A stretch of 64,000 nt of DNA, from contig NC_135254.1 of the NCBI RefSeq assembly GCF_964204865.1, positions 21,382,199 through 21,446,198 on the forward strand, written 5' to 3'. This DNA is from Styela clava. Its lineage: Eukaryota. The position numbers and the translations under genes are program-made. This document shows, piece after piece, positions 33,283 to 45,073 of the stretch. The first letter of the stretch is position 1. The number at the start of each line of letters is the position of its first letter. The notes beneath the pieces are model-generated. The model made no database searches. It was not told the DNA's origin and worked only from the letters and a program-made list of their open reading frames with translations.

Positions 33283-36200
33283 AAAATGAAAGAGTTCCAA
33301 AGAAGAAAAATATATTTGATAAACTTCAATTCGCCCTTGAACTTGGAGATGCATCATTTGAAACAAAGAAGACTTTACGTGAACAGATAACAAGTCATGG
33401 AGGACAAATCTCATACATATTGACCAGTAATACTGATTTTATAGTTCTTTGCAAGGAATTGATTGCCCAATCTATGCATTCATATAAAATTCGCAAAGCA
33501 GTTGCATTTGGCGTACCTATTGTTAGTGAAGAATTTCTCACAGAATGTGTAGGGAAGAATCAACTTGTCGATTTCATGGATTTTGCTCCGCAGACTGATA
33601 CAATTCACAATTTTTCGTTGGGAAAAATATCATCACAACCCATCAATGTAAAAAAGTTTGTTTCTAAAAAATTGGACCTTGGAAAAATTGTACAATATAA
33701 ATTAGAATCTGGTGACTGTCCTTGTTTTCCAAATAAATATGAAGTTCCCAAATTTTCGATTTTAACAAAAAGTTTTGAAGAGAATGGTGAAATTAATGAA
33801 ATGTGTTGTGTTGAAGCACAGGTTGGTATAACTGCAAATCAGAATAATCAAAAGATGTATAGAGTCATGGTTTCATATAACAATATTAGCACTTGCTCAA
33901 CTCATCACGTGTATCCATTAAATAATTCATTTGAGTTAGTCCAGTGTTATGAAAAACTTGTAACACAGTTCCTTGATGATGGAATGAAACGAGCTATTGG
34001 AATTTCAAAGGATCAATTCTCTGATATTGTTTCACCTTCACTCAACCTTGTTTTAACGGAAATGAAAATTTCATCAGGAATTCTCCATCCTGAAGTCGCA
34101 CGATTAGTCAAAACTATTTGGCTGGATTCGCTAGACGAAATAATGATGACATTTGGTGTCGGGCCATATGGTATTGATGTTGAACAAGTCAGAAATGCAT
34201 TGATTGTTCTGATGCAAATAGAAAAGTCCATCAAAGAGAAAGATTTCAAATCAGCTTTATCTGACAAATTTTACCACTTTATTCCACAGACAGATGATAA
34301 AAAAGAACCAATTGACAGCATTCAAAAAATTGCAAAGAAAAGAGAATTATGTCAGCTTTTAAAAGACATCACTTTAGTGAATGAGACTTCTTGGTTTTCT
34401 AAGGACTGTAATGATTCTTTATCACAATACACCGCATTGAAGTGTGCTATAATGTGGATTGACCCAAAAGAAAAAGAATATAAACTCATCAAAGACACAC
34501 TTCCTGACATCGATGGAAAAACATACAAATTGCAAAATATATTCAGAGTCAGTCGCTCTGTTGAAAACTCGCAGTTTAAATCAGATATTGGCAATACTAA
34601 ACTTCTATTTCATGCATCCCACCCTCATAATTTTGTTGGTATTTTATCGAGAGGTTTAATGTTGCCACTCACACTGTCTAGTGAGTATGGAGTCTCAAGG
34701 AGTGATGAAGGAAACCTTGGCGCTGGAATTTATTTCTCAGATTCATTTTGGATGTCTTCAAAATTTACCGCACGAAGCCAAAGTCGAGGTTCCAGAATAA
34801 TGCTTGTTAGTGAAGTAGCACTGGGAAAAGTATTCAACACAAAGGAACCTATGGCCCATTTATTGGCTGCACCAGTGGGTCACGATAGTGTGAAACGCAC
34901 GCATGCCACAGATGCAGTTAAATCTGATGCTTCAGAATATGCAGTGTATAACAAAAATCAACAGAGGATGTGCTACATCATTGAATTCACAATTGATGAT
35001 GATAGTTTGGTTAATCATGACAAAGTAGTGATACCTTTAAGTTTTAAGATGAATAAGAACACTACCGCTGAAATTGCTGCTGAGCGTGAGAATTTTGAAC
35101 CAAAAGTTGAGGAAGTTAGATATGGCCTGATCATGGAATCAAAAGATATTTCTGCAATATTAGAGGAAGTTCATATCAGAGCAAAAGTTATTGATTTGGT
35201 GTCAGAAGTCACTATTTTTCAGTCGTACATCAATACAACCAATAAAACTGTTGAAGCAAAATATGTTTTTCCTCTCACTGAAAACGCTGCTGTATGTGGA
35301 TTTGAAGCTTTTATAAATGACAAACATGTAATAGGAGAAGTTAAAGAGAAAGAACAAGCCCACAAGGAATATAAAAAAGCAGTAAGCGAAGGTCATGGAG
35401 CTTATTTGATGGATGAAGAGAAATCTAATGTATTTTCTGTTAGTGTTGGTAACATTCCTCCTGCAGCTCGCGTAATCATTAAAATTAGTTATGTTGCTGA
35501 GCTCGAAACTACTAACGAACCTGACAGTAATGTTTTATTTACATTACCAGGAAGCATTGCTCAATGGGAGGAAAAATCTGTGTTGCTTTCAAGTTCTGCT
35601 ACTCAAGAAGTTACGGAATCAACTTCTGTTTCAAATGAGAAAAAATCTTCAGTTATAATATCAATTGATATGCCGTTTGATATTCTCGATATCACTTCAC
35701 CTACTCATAAAATTGTAATGAAAAAGACATCTACAAAGGCTTGTGTAAAACTGCAAAAGTCAATTAACCTGGATGGAAACAATTTTCGTTTGCTGATCAA
35801 AGTAGCTGAAATTCATGTTCCTCGTATTTGGATTGAAAAGGAAAATGAAGAAAGCAAAGATCAAGTGGCAATGGTGACTTTTTTTCCTGAATTTGAATTC
35901 GATGCAGTAGAGAATTTCAATTGCACAGTAATGTTGGATATGTCGAATTCCATGAAAGGATCTGCTGCATGTCATTCTAAGCATTTATGTTCATTGCTTA
36001 TCGAAAATTTGCCAGATCAATGTGATTTTAATGTCATCTCATTTGGGTCATATTTCGAAGAGGTGTTCATTGGATTTGAAAATGTTTCAACTACTTCTAA
36101 AAAACAAGCAAAAGATTTTATTACATGTTGTAAACCATCTTTTGGAGGATCTGATCTTTTTTACATTCTTAATTCAGTCTTCCTACTTCAAAATAATTCA

Positions 36201-39200
36201 TACAATAATGAGTTACATAATATATTCCTCTTTTCTGATGGTCATTTGTCTGAAGAGGAAAGACTTTTCAGGCTTTGTAAGGAAATTTCAAAAACCAGTC
36301 ATTGTCAAACAAGAATTTTTACATTTGCTGTTGGAAATTCACCAGATAACCACACTCTACAGAGTTTATCTATATTAACTGGAGGGTCTCATGAACAATT
36401 CTTATCTTCGTCAAAGAGGACATGGAAAAGACAATTAAGCAATCAACTATTCAATGCTAAACAACCTGCATTAACTGATGTACATATTGATTGGTGCAAC
36501 TATGATAACAAATCCGATGGTTTTCAAGATTCAACTGTTTTGCAGGTTCCAGAAAAAGTAAAATGTGTGTTCAGTGGATCTCAACTTGTCGCATACAGTT
36601 ATGTTCCAAACTGTCTGAAAGCAACTCTTTGTGCTAATATTAATGGAAAAGAGTTCTCTACAATGGTAAATGCGAACGGATTATCAAAAATTACTGGAAT
36701 GACATTGCACAGACTTGCAGCAAAAGCTGTGTTCAAGGAACATGACTGTGGTAGACTTGCTGATGATGCTTTGTGTGATCAGATGTTGAAAGAGGAAAGA
36801 AAGTCAATTATTATTTCAATGAGTATGAAATACTCAGTTGTTTCAAAATATACAAGCTTTGTAGCTATTGAGGAAAGAAAACCTGGAGAAGATTTAAGCA
36901 TAACATGTGGACCATCTCTATCTAATCTTGTTGATGAATCTTTCATTGATATCATTTCTGAAGTAACATGGGGGGCTGAAGAGAAATCTGTGGAAGAAAA
37001 TGTGGATGAACTACTGAAGAAGTCTTTGCAAATTCAATCAAGTTCTATACTGCAATCTCGGGATTTAGCTCTGGAAGCAAAAGCATTGCATAGCACATTG
37101 GAAGAAAAAGATCCACTGAGGAAGTTACGAATATGTGCGACGTTATGTAAATTGGATGTGAACAGCGATCAACTTGATGCATGGCTTGATTTGAAAACCA
37201 TGTTGTTGAAAACTGATAAATCACTGAATTTTGAAGTGATGAACACGATCGCTAAATTTGACAATTCATCGCCCAGACATAATTTGTTGGATATTTTTAG
37301 TAGCTGTTTTCCTGAACACTGTTCAGTCCATCTCCAATCTATTCCTGAAATTTTTCAGCCACTTGCCATTGGAGGATACACTGAAATCTGTCATTTTTAT
37401 GAAACTGTGGGAGAATGTTTTAGAGATTTTCCTCTTTTTTGGGAAGAGTTTCATGATGTTTGTTGTTGTGATGATAAGAGTTATAAGGATGTTTCTTTGG
37501 CATTGAAAGTCTTGATCAGAGAATTGAAGTTTATAAATAAACCTCACAAAAAGAAAAAAAGGTACAAGCCCAAATTATGCCCATTTTCAATAGCCACCCC
37601 ACCATCATCACTACCTAGGCCTCTACAAGCTGTTCCACCACATCTAACACCAATACCAGCAAATTCATCTCTATTTGGATCAGCAAGATCAGGTATTTCA
37701 CCATTACCACCACAGCAATCTTTTCTCTTTGCATCATCTGGTCCTCCGCCACATCCACCACCTGGATCTGACTTTACACCATTACCACCACCATTACCAC
37801 CGAAACCATCTGTATTTGGATCAGCAATTCCACCACCACAACTACTACCTGGATCAGGTATTTCACCATTATCACCACAGCAATCACTTCTATTTGGATC
37901 ATCTGTTCCGCCACCTCCACCACCTGGATATGACTTTCCACTACCACCAAAATCATCTCTATTTGGATCATCTGTTCCCCCACCACAACCACCTCCGCCA
38001 CCTGGATCTGTCTTTCCACCATCACGACATCAACAACCACCAAAATCATCTCTATTTGGATCATCTGTTCCCCCACCACGACCACCTCCGCCACCTGGAT
38101 CTGACTTTCCACCATTACCACCACCACTACCACCAAAATCAGCTCTATTTGGATCATCTGTTCCCCCACCACAACCACCTGGATCTGCCTTTCCCCCATC
38201 ACCACATCGACAACCACCAAAATCATCTCTATTTGGATCATCTGTTCCCCCACCACGACCACCTCCGCCACCACTACCACCAAAATCATCTCTATTTGGA
38301 TCATCTGTTCCCCCACCACGACCACCTCCGCCACCACTACCACCAAAATCATCTCTAGTTGGATTAGATGTTCCCCCACCACGGGCACCTACACCACCTG
38401 GATCTGCCTTTCCACCATCACCACCACAATCATCTTGTTTTGGATCAAGTCCTCCACAACCACCGCTTCCAAAATTTAGATCTGTCATCCTACCACAATT
38501 GCGAAGTTCTGGATTTGTATCAGCCACTCCAATATCGCAACAGTATCAAACTGAATCTGCCATACCACCTCAATATCATTTAAGCAATATAACTTCTTCA
38601 TTTCTTTCGATGACTGACCCACTAGTTCCATCGCAATCTTCAGTCCAATCAGCAGCAGGTTTTTCATTTGGTTTGGCCAGGTCTTTTGCATCGCGAAATT
38701 CAATGCGGTCAGTTGCTTCATTTGGATATTCGTCCACTTCCAGGCAATCAAACACCCCACTACCTACACAAGCTGCGTGCATGGTATCAAATGCTGAACT
38801 CACTTCAGATGATAGTTTTGACACTAAACCATCATATCATCATTCTTCTGAGGTTGCTAGAAGTAATTTTTATGAAGAGTGTGAGGATTCATATTTGTTA
38901 CCAAAAACGAAAAATCTATTATCCAGAAAATCCGAACAATCTCAAGATATTGAAACCAAACAAATTTTTGGTGGAAGATCTAAATTTGACAATTCACATG
39001 AACCACAGGATATTTATGAGAGCTTGGAGGATCTTAAGTCACAACAATTAAAGACCAGTGGAAAAAGAAGAAACCCACCAGTAGTTCTTACAAGGTCTTC
39101 TCAAAGTTGTGAAGTTATGTTTGATTCACTTGAATGTGTTCAGACAGATACATCTACATTAAACTCTGAAAGTTCATCTGATATGTATGAAGATATAATA

Positions 39201-39230
39201 TTGTTAAATCAACATTATGACCTGGTTATG
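33283..39230 (+). CDS. PARP4-like (vault-PARP-like) gene A giant exon: BRCT, PARP helical regulatory domain, PARP catalytic (ART) domain, VIT, vWA, Pro-rich repeat region, Ser-rich tail
   Basis: A 5.9-kb open frame with a splice acceptor (TTGTCAG) at 33276-33282. It has a BRCT-like N-terminus. An HD-like block (..ALSDKFYHFIPQ..) follows. The ART motifs are LLFHASHPHNFVGILSRGL, GAGIYFSDSF, LVSEVALGK and ASEYAVYN, giving an H-Y-E triad. VIT spans KYVFPLTENAAVCGFEAFIND...VIIKISYVAELE, then the vWA MIDAS motif DMSNSM follows. The donor GTAAGT sits at 39231. Confidence 0.85.
37660..38460 (+). repeat. intragenic tandem repeat, about 10 units of 90-96 bp, encoding (K.SSLFGSSVPPP[RQ]PPPPPGSDFPPLPPPLPP)n
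   Basis: Recurrent TCTCTATTTGGATCATCTGTTCCCCCACCAC(G/A)ACCACCTCCGCCACC units are visible. Poly-His, Gly-rich and Val-rich ORFs in the other frames and on the opposite strand are by-products. Confidence 0.85.
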
Positions 39231-39581
39231 GTAAGTTATTTTTATGAACTATTTTACTTGATTACCGATGAATATATCTAGACCTGCCGTGTTACTTCCC
39301 AATTATATCTATCTGCCTGAACTAACGCAGACAATATGCCAGGAATTTAATATTTTATGAAATGTCTGTACTATTTGCAATAATTTGTTGAATGGGTTGA
39401 AGAAATGTAAATTTAGCTTTGTTTTTTGACACAAAAAACACTTCATATTGAGTGTTCATTTCATTATTTGTTTGTTCATTCTTATTTCTATACAAATCGA
39501 TTTATTGATGAGTAAAGCCATCCACATTTATGAAGTAATGCTGAAAGTGCATAAAATTGGTAATTCACATTTTATCAACAG

Positions 39582-40121
39582 ATTGAGGACGAGGATGACG
39601 AATTAGAACAGTCTAGCGGATCCATCAGTGCTGCATGGGATGATGATTCTGAATGCACGGAATATGAGTGGAAAATGGTTAAAGCTATGATGAAACTCCT
39701 TAACCTCACAGTTAGTGAACTAATGGAAATTTTCAAATCTGGATTAAGTCCAGATGGCTTTTGGAAATTTCCTAGCAATGAAGCCATCATGTCTGAAGAG
39801 TTTTCTGAAATTGAAGTTAAACTATTGAAAATTTATCGAGAAATAGTCATTTCTGCTGGTGCGCTATCTTTTGGTAGCAAAGTTTTGTCCACAGTGTTAG
39901 ATATGCTGTATACAGCGATTATCATAAAAATTCTTAAATTTATTAATGAATCAAGTAAAGTGTATGACATGATAAAAGATGCTGAAAACTGGTTGAAATT
40001 AGCTGATGCGAAGCAACCATTTTTATATGAACGGCTAGAGTTAGGATCATCTTGGGAAATGGCTGCAAATGCAGTGATTGTCAAAGTGTCTGAGGCTGTG
40101 CTCAATTCTATCTCTGGTTAG
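39582..40121 (+). CDS. PARP4-like gene A terminal exon (conserved C-terminal module; stop at 40119-40121)
   Basis: Acceptor TTTATCAACAG at 39571-81, in frame with the donor at 39230. The translation IEDEDDELEQ...GFWKFPSNEAI...VISAGALSFGSKVLSTVLDMLYTAII...LELGSSWEMAANAV is about 55% identical to the C-terminus of gene B (GFWRFPDEETI...VISAGAQSLGSQVLSLVTDMLLTAIV...LELGSSWEMAAKLV). Confidence 0.7.
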   Translation: MEDEDDELEQSSGSISAAWDDDSECTEYEWKMVKAMMKLLNLTVSELMEIFKSGLSPDGFWKFPSNEAIMSEEFSEIEVKLLKIYREIVISAGALSFGSKVLSTVLDMLYTAIIIKILKFINESSKVYDMIKDAENWLKLADAKQPFLYERLELGSSWEMAANAVIVKVSEAVLNSISG

Positions 40122-40564
40122 ATTAAGTGGAGTGGAATTTTCAATGTATTCAAATGTATCTGCTCTAGTAGGTTTTGAGTAATACACATTCCCAAATATA
40201 GAAATCATGCTTTTAAAAATAATTTAGATTTTGAAGTTTATTTGCGCTGATTTTCATACACATAGATTGAATACTTACAATTGTAAAGATGATTTTGTTG
40301 TGAACTTTATCTATACATCTTTGTTCTATATCTATGTTATTTTGTCTATTGTATTTGCAATGTCGAGTCTATAAACTCATATTTCATTTTATACAAGTTA
40401 TCTCAAATCAAAGTAGAACACAATCAAAGAGGACAAAATTTGGTGATCAAGTTTTAGTATTTATGAACCTGGGGATACTTTCTAAGTATCTGAAATCGTT
40501 CATGGTCACGAAGACCTATGGATCGTTTTGGTATTACCGTATGTTGTTGTTTTCTTGTTTCTCA

Positions 40565-40860
40565 TGAAAATTTCGCTTTTCTCTTCAAATGGACCAATTG
40601 CTTTGAAATTTTCAGTGGTTAAAAATTGTATTTGTTGCTAGAAAGCTATTACTTTTATTCAATTAAGAATTTCTGTGGGCCCCATGAATTTTTGTGTAAT
40701 GCTGTCATCAAAATGAAAAATTGTGCACCCTGTGGCAGTTCCCCTTTCTGGTTGTCAGTTAAAGTCCGGAAGTGTATGTATCGGTACTGCTAAAGATATC
40801 ATACTTGTATTACTTGGCCTTTGTGTCCATATATGTGAGCATTGGTTCCTTTTGTTATAT
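40565..40860 (+). repeat. repeat family R1 copy
   Basis: Shares the CGCTTTTCTCTTCAAATGGACCAATTGCTTTGAAATTTTCAGTGGTTAAAAAT start with the other R1 copies. It lies in the intergenic spacer between the two PARP-like genes. Confidence 0.55.
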
Positions 40861-42195
40861 ACAGATGACTATTGTCATTTTTGAGAATAATCTATTTTTC
40901 AAAATATTTGATATATTCTAACAAATATGTAAACACAAAATACAGTGAGTAAAAAATGTTGACCTACATTCTATTTATTGCTTATGGCAGAAGAAATCTT
41001 ACAACTATAGTTTCTATTCTCTCAAACTATTCTTTGGGTCAGTTTCTAATATTTTTCTGTGGTCAGTGATTTTGTTAATGTCTGCTAAAGAGTATTAACT
41101 TTTTTGAGATCAGTAACAATGTACAGTTTTGATTTTCACGTTTGATATTGATTTAATTCTTAATTGGTGATAGTGTTATTAGACTATAAGTCATTTTGTA
41201 TTACTCAATTGCTATTCAGTTATTGTTCATTTCTGCGCTTTGATAATTTTTCACTTTTAATTTTATTATTAGCCAAGAGAATACCATGTTATTCTACAGG
41301 TTTTTAAATCCATTTCTATTCTCTTTCTTTAAGATATTCACATATCACTTCTATTCCTCTGTTTTTGTATACAGTTCTCTTTCTCTTGATGATTCTATAG
41401 TCAAGTTCCGGAAATGTTGAATTATATTATTCTTGTGTTCTTTGTGAAATATTATTTGTATCATATATTATATAAAAGTTTCTGTATGCTGTAGTTTATA
41501 CTGTTGTTTGGGAAGTTGAGGTATTCTTTGCTAATTGAGTATTAAACTGCTCAGTCATAAACTTTCTATCATTATGTTTATGAAAAACAAAATTTAATGT
41601 TATTACTTAATATATTTCTTGTTGTGATTTAATTAGTATCTATTACTATTAAAATATTTTATCCATGTTGTTTTGTCTGTAATCAAGTTCCAATTGTTGG
41701 TAATATACTTTGATATTATTTGAAAGTCTGCATTCTTCCATCAAGTTGACCAACAAATTATTTCATTAGAAAAATAACTCCACCTGAGTTGGCTATCTCT
41801 GAATCATGTTTGTGGTATTTAAAAATTTTTTTTCCTGATATTTGCGGGGGATATTAAATGATGATTCTTGTATATTCTAATTGCTGAACCTATTTGTTAT
41901 ATTCAGATTTTTATGTAAAATAATAATATATCAGGAAGGTATTATGGAGTTTGACTATTTATGGAATATTAGCTATCTGATATAGTAACCCGATCTTGCA
42001 TGGCCTTACTTTGTGGATTAATATTAGCCAAGATATAAACTACTGCCTACATCATGGGAATAAATAGATTAGAGGTTAAGTATAAAGTCTTTGTCTTTAA
42101 ATGTTTGAAAACTAGTTTTCTTATGTTTCATTGATAGCAATTATGTTGCATCTTTTTAATTATATAATTTTTAATTTATAATCCGAATTTCTTGA

Positions 42196-42490
42196 GTAAA
42201 TGCTCAGCAGTGTGGCGCATTGAGCTATGCGTTAAATTTACGCTCGTTACCGCACCACTGATTACCCTGTGAACCCAGGTTTGCAGGTTCGAATCCTGTG
42301 GGGAAAAATTATGTAAGAGAGGATTGCTGGATTCCTTCTGGTTCACGGGATCCCATACACGACATGGACTGCGGTTCATGTGATCCCATACTCGACATGG
42401 ACTGGTAACCGGACGAGAGGCCGTGTTTCACTGTGATTAAGCTATCTTATTGGTTTTTCTCTCCCGGGATAAATAAATAAATCTTATCCT
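42196..42490 (+). mobile_element. tRNA-derived SINE copy (intergenic, between the PARP-like genes)
   Basis: The tRNA-like head has GGTTCGAATCC. The body contains ATCCCATAC.CGACATGGACTGGTAACCGGACGAGAGGCCGTG and the tail CCCGGGATAAATAAATAAATCTTATCC. Confidence 0.75.
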
Positions 42491-43162
42491 TAATATGTGA
42501 ATTGTTTGTTTTACAGGACTTTGAAGTGAAAAGTAAGCATATTTGTCATAAACTGAAGAAGAGCAATTGCAGATTGAAGTCTTGTAGTGAAAAAATGTGA
42601 GTCTGATATCCCCAAGAAAATCAAGCTCTAAATTTTTTTTTGATTGAGTGTATTGAAATTGTGGGGCCATTACCGTGTCAATGTTTTCAAGTTATAGTAA
42701 GATACAAAATCATTTGAAGGGTTTAGGATATATTTTAATACCTAATCTCGTCAATTTCCTATTAATATTCGATCGCAAAATGGATATTTTACAACTAAAA
42801 CTATAAGAATTATTATAGTGAATGTGTCATATCATTCTGGTTTGTTTTGTGATTTTAGTGTATGCTGAAAGCTGTGACGACACATTTCTAAACCTACCGT
42901 AATTTGAAACATGGTTATAATAACCTTAAAGTTGCACTTGTGTTTTGAACTGAAAAAATAATTTTCCTATATTATTAGCATCACAAATTTGCCGATTATT
43001 ATTTATCATTGGTTAGCATATCCCTCCACATGGCTATCTGATAGGTGATACTATAATATCGAAAGCACTCTAAAACCAACTTGAATATACTCTTTGTTGT
43101 TGTTTAGGAAAAATCTAGTACTGGATAGTACTGGATCTCTGCAGAACAGACATGAAAAGGAA

Positions 43163-43222
43163 ATGAACCTCATTGATTCTAATAAAGGATGGTTGTATCA
43201 TTTCACAGATAAAGATCCAAAG
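43163..43222 (+). CDS. PARP4-like gene B candidate first coding exon (MNLIDSNKGWLYHFTDKDPK)
   Basis: An ATG at 43163 lies in an open frame. A possible acceptor TTGTTTAG sits at 43099-43106, so this may be an internal exon. Donor AAG|GTTTAT. It is homologous to the end of gene A exon 1. Confidence 0.4.
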
Positions 43223-43375
43223 GTTTATAAATAAGTAATTTCCACCCATGATATTTATATATCGAAGACTAACTGAGAGACTTTGAATTTGTAAACTGAA
43301 TAGGAAGGTATTTCTCAAGACCAGATTTCTAAATATAAATTATACATGATTTTGGAATATTTTATTGATTGTCAG

Positions 43376-43453
43376 GTACGACGACACTTCTGGTGTGTTG
43401 ATGATGAATATGTCACAGTTTTCTTGACAGAAAGTGAATCATTGTTTTTCAAG
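43376..43453 (+). CDS. PARP4-like gene B exon 2 (PH-like; VRRHFWCVDDEYVTVFLTESESLFFK)
   Basis: Acceptor TTGATTGTCAG and donor GTAATG. It is 78 nt, paralogous to 31571..31648. Confidence 0.6.
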
Positions 43454-43702
43454 GTAATGTGGATGAAGTTCATTGTTTAATATTCAGATACATCTGCCAT
43501 ATGTAATCTGAAAAGAAGAATAGGTATCGAATATTTAACATGCTATCTGAAAGTTTAATTAATGCAAATGGTATTTAAAATGAACTGAGAAAATTGGGAA
43601 TGTAATGTAAAGCATTAAAGTAGCATTCTGTTAGTTCTTTCAGTATAAAATAGTATTTTACATTTCATGATAGAGTGATGATATATGTTTTCACCTATTA
43701 AG

Positions 43703-43824
43703 AAAATTTCATTAGCAAGCATCAAATCAATCAAAGAGAGCAAGAAGTCCAAGTGCTTGTTCAAGCTGGTTCTATCCAACATGACTATTTTTGTGACTAG
43801 CAGTGATTCTGAAAAGTATAAAAT
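43703..43824 (+). CDS. PARP4-like gene B exon 3 (PH-like; KISLASIKSIKESKKSKCLFKLVLSNMTIFVTSSDSEKYK)
   Basis: Acceptor CCTATTAAG and donor GTAAGA. Paralogous to 32644..32774. Confidence 0.55.
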
Positions 43825-44038
43825 GTAAGAGTTTATGATTATACCAATCATAATTTTGTTATTGTAAAAATCTAGGATTATTGTGAACATAAAATTACAT
43901 ATTAATTCTACTGATTTGTGAATTTACTTTTTGATAAATAAAATTGTAAAATTTAAAATACCTTAACCGGTGTTTCACTGTGGGATAATATTTTAGATGC
44001 ATTTGATTTTTAAGTTGAAGTATATGATTTTTGTTAAG

Positions 44039-44121
44039 GATTCTGATGAACCATTGGTATAATATGCTTAAAGAGGCCCATTCTGCCGCAGTAAAACGGG
44101 AGAATACTGTGCTACCTCTTG
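44039..44121 (+). CDS. PARP4-like gene B exon 4 (PH-like C-terminal helix; ..NHWYNMLKEAHSAAV..)
   Basis: Acceptor TTTTTGTTAAG and donor GTATGT. It is 83 nt, paralogous to 32910..32992. Confidence 0.55.
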
Positions 44122-44701
44122 GTATGTTGTGTGACTGTTATTACAAATAGTCTTAGTCAATGTATTATAAATGAGAAAACAGCAGATGCTTTTAAATATT
44201 AATCTTGTTGCTAACAAAAAAGTCAATAATTTTATATTTACTCTTTTGTTAATAATTAACTTTACCAGATTTTTGAAAATGAATCATTATATTGAGTATT
44301 TCCAAGTGTCCAGCAATGCTATTTGTTTACTTAATTTTGCCCATTTTGCTGACCATTAATTTTGATTATTATTAAAGATGTTTGTTAACATCTGCATACC
44401 CAAGAAATATCAAACTATCTGTTCATTTAATATTTTAATTTTAAATTATTTGATTCTATACATTGCAACTGTATCTATGTTTGAATATATATTTGGATAT
44501 CTTGAAATAGCAATAGAAAGATTTACATGATTATTTACATGACTTACATATGATCGCTTTTGATTATAAACTGAAACAAACAATATGAACATTGTGCAAA
44601 CATGAATTTGTGGTTGTGATTTATTTCATACCCGAACAGGATTGCTTTGTGATACAGTTTGTTGTTGATTCAAGAAAACTTATATAAATACGTCTATCTT
44701 T

Positions 44702-44996
44702 CAGTGGTTGTCAAACTTTTTAATCCGTGCCCCCTTTTTGAAATTTGTCAAGTCTCGCTCCCCATATAAAAAATAGCTTACAATAGGCTACGAATAACAG
44801 ATAGTAAGGCGAAAATATGTTATATCCAAAAAACATGTTGAAAGTGCATGGACGGAAAGTAACTAATGAAAAGTTTTGAAATGTAAATATCCAAAATAAG
44901 ACGGGCAAGATCAAATCTAACAAACTAGCTTCACGCCCCCTCAAAAAAGTATCTACGCCCTCTTGTGGGGTGCAGCCCACCGTTTGAGAACCACTG
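44702..44996. mobile_element. non-autonomous hAT element (MITE) inside intron 4 of gene B
   Basis: Termini are CAGTGGTTGTCAAACTTTTTAATCCGTGCCCCC and ...CCCACCGTTTGAGAACCACTG. It ends 77 bp upstream of the giant-exon acceptor. Confidence 0.6.
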
Positions 44997-45073
44997 ATTT
45001 AGACAACACTAATCCCAGTTGCAAAAAAAAAACAGTTCTTAGGGATCATTTTTTACCTATTTGTTGTTTTCAG

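Noticed and set aside
34352-34659. Small antisense/alt-frame ORFs that appear twice in paralogous positions (34352..34594 - / 46050..46376 -, 34459..34659 + / 46238..46441 +, 35202..35396 - / 47002..47196 -, 35760..35984 - / 47560..47784 -, 36022..36378 + / 47822..48178 +)
   Set aside because: Their apparent conservation is a by-product of the about 97% identical gene-conversion tract between the two PARP-like genes. They overlap the clearly coding frame.
37660-38460. CRISPR-like regular repeats (also the 18651..20065 cluster)
   Set aside because: The regular spacing is due to protein-coding tandem repeats in gene A and to a minisatellite/inverted repeat in 18651..20065. There are no unique spacers and the context is eukaryotic.
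37675-38527. Long ORFs 37675..38358 (+, poly-His/Tyr), 37774..38388 (-, Val-rich) and 38030..38527 (-, Gly-rich)
   Set aside because: They are alternative-frame and antisense read-throughs of the 90-bp tandem repeat that codes for the Pro-rich region of gene A. Their periodic low-complexity composition comes from the repeat, not from selection.
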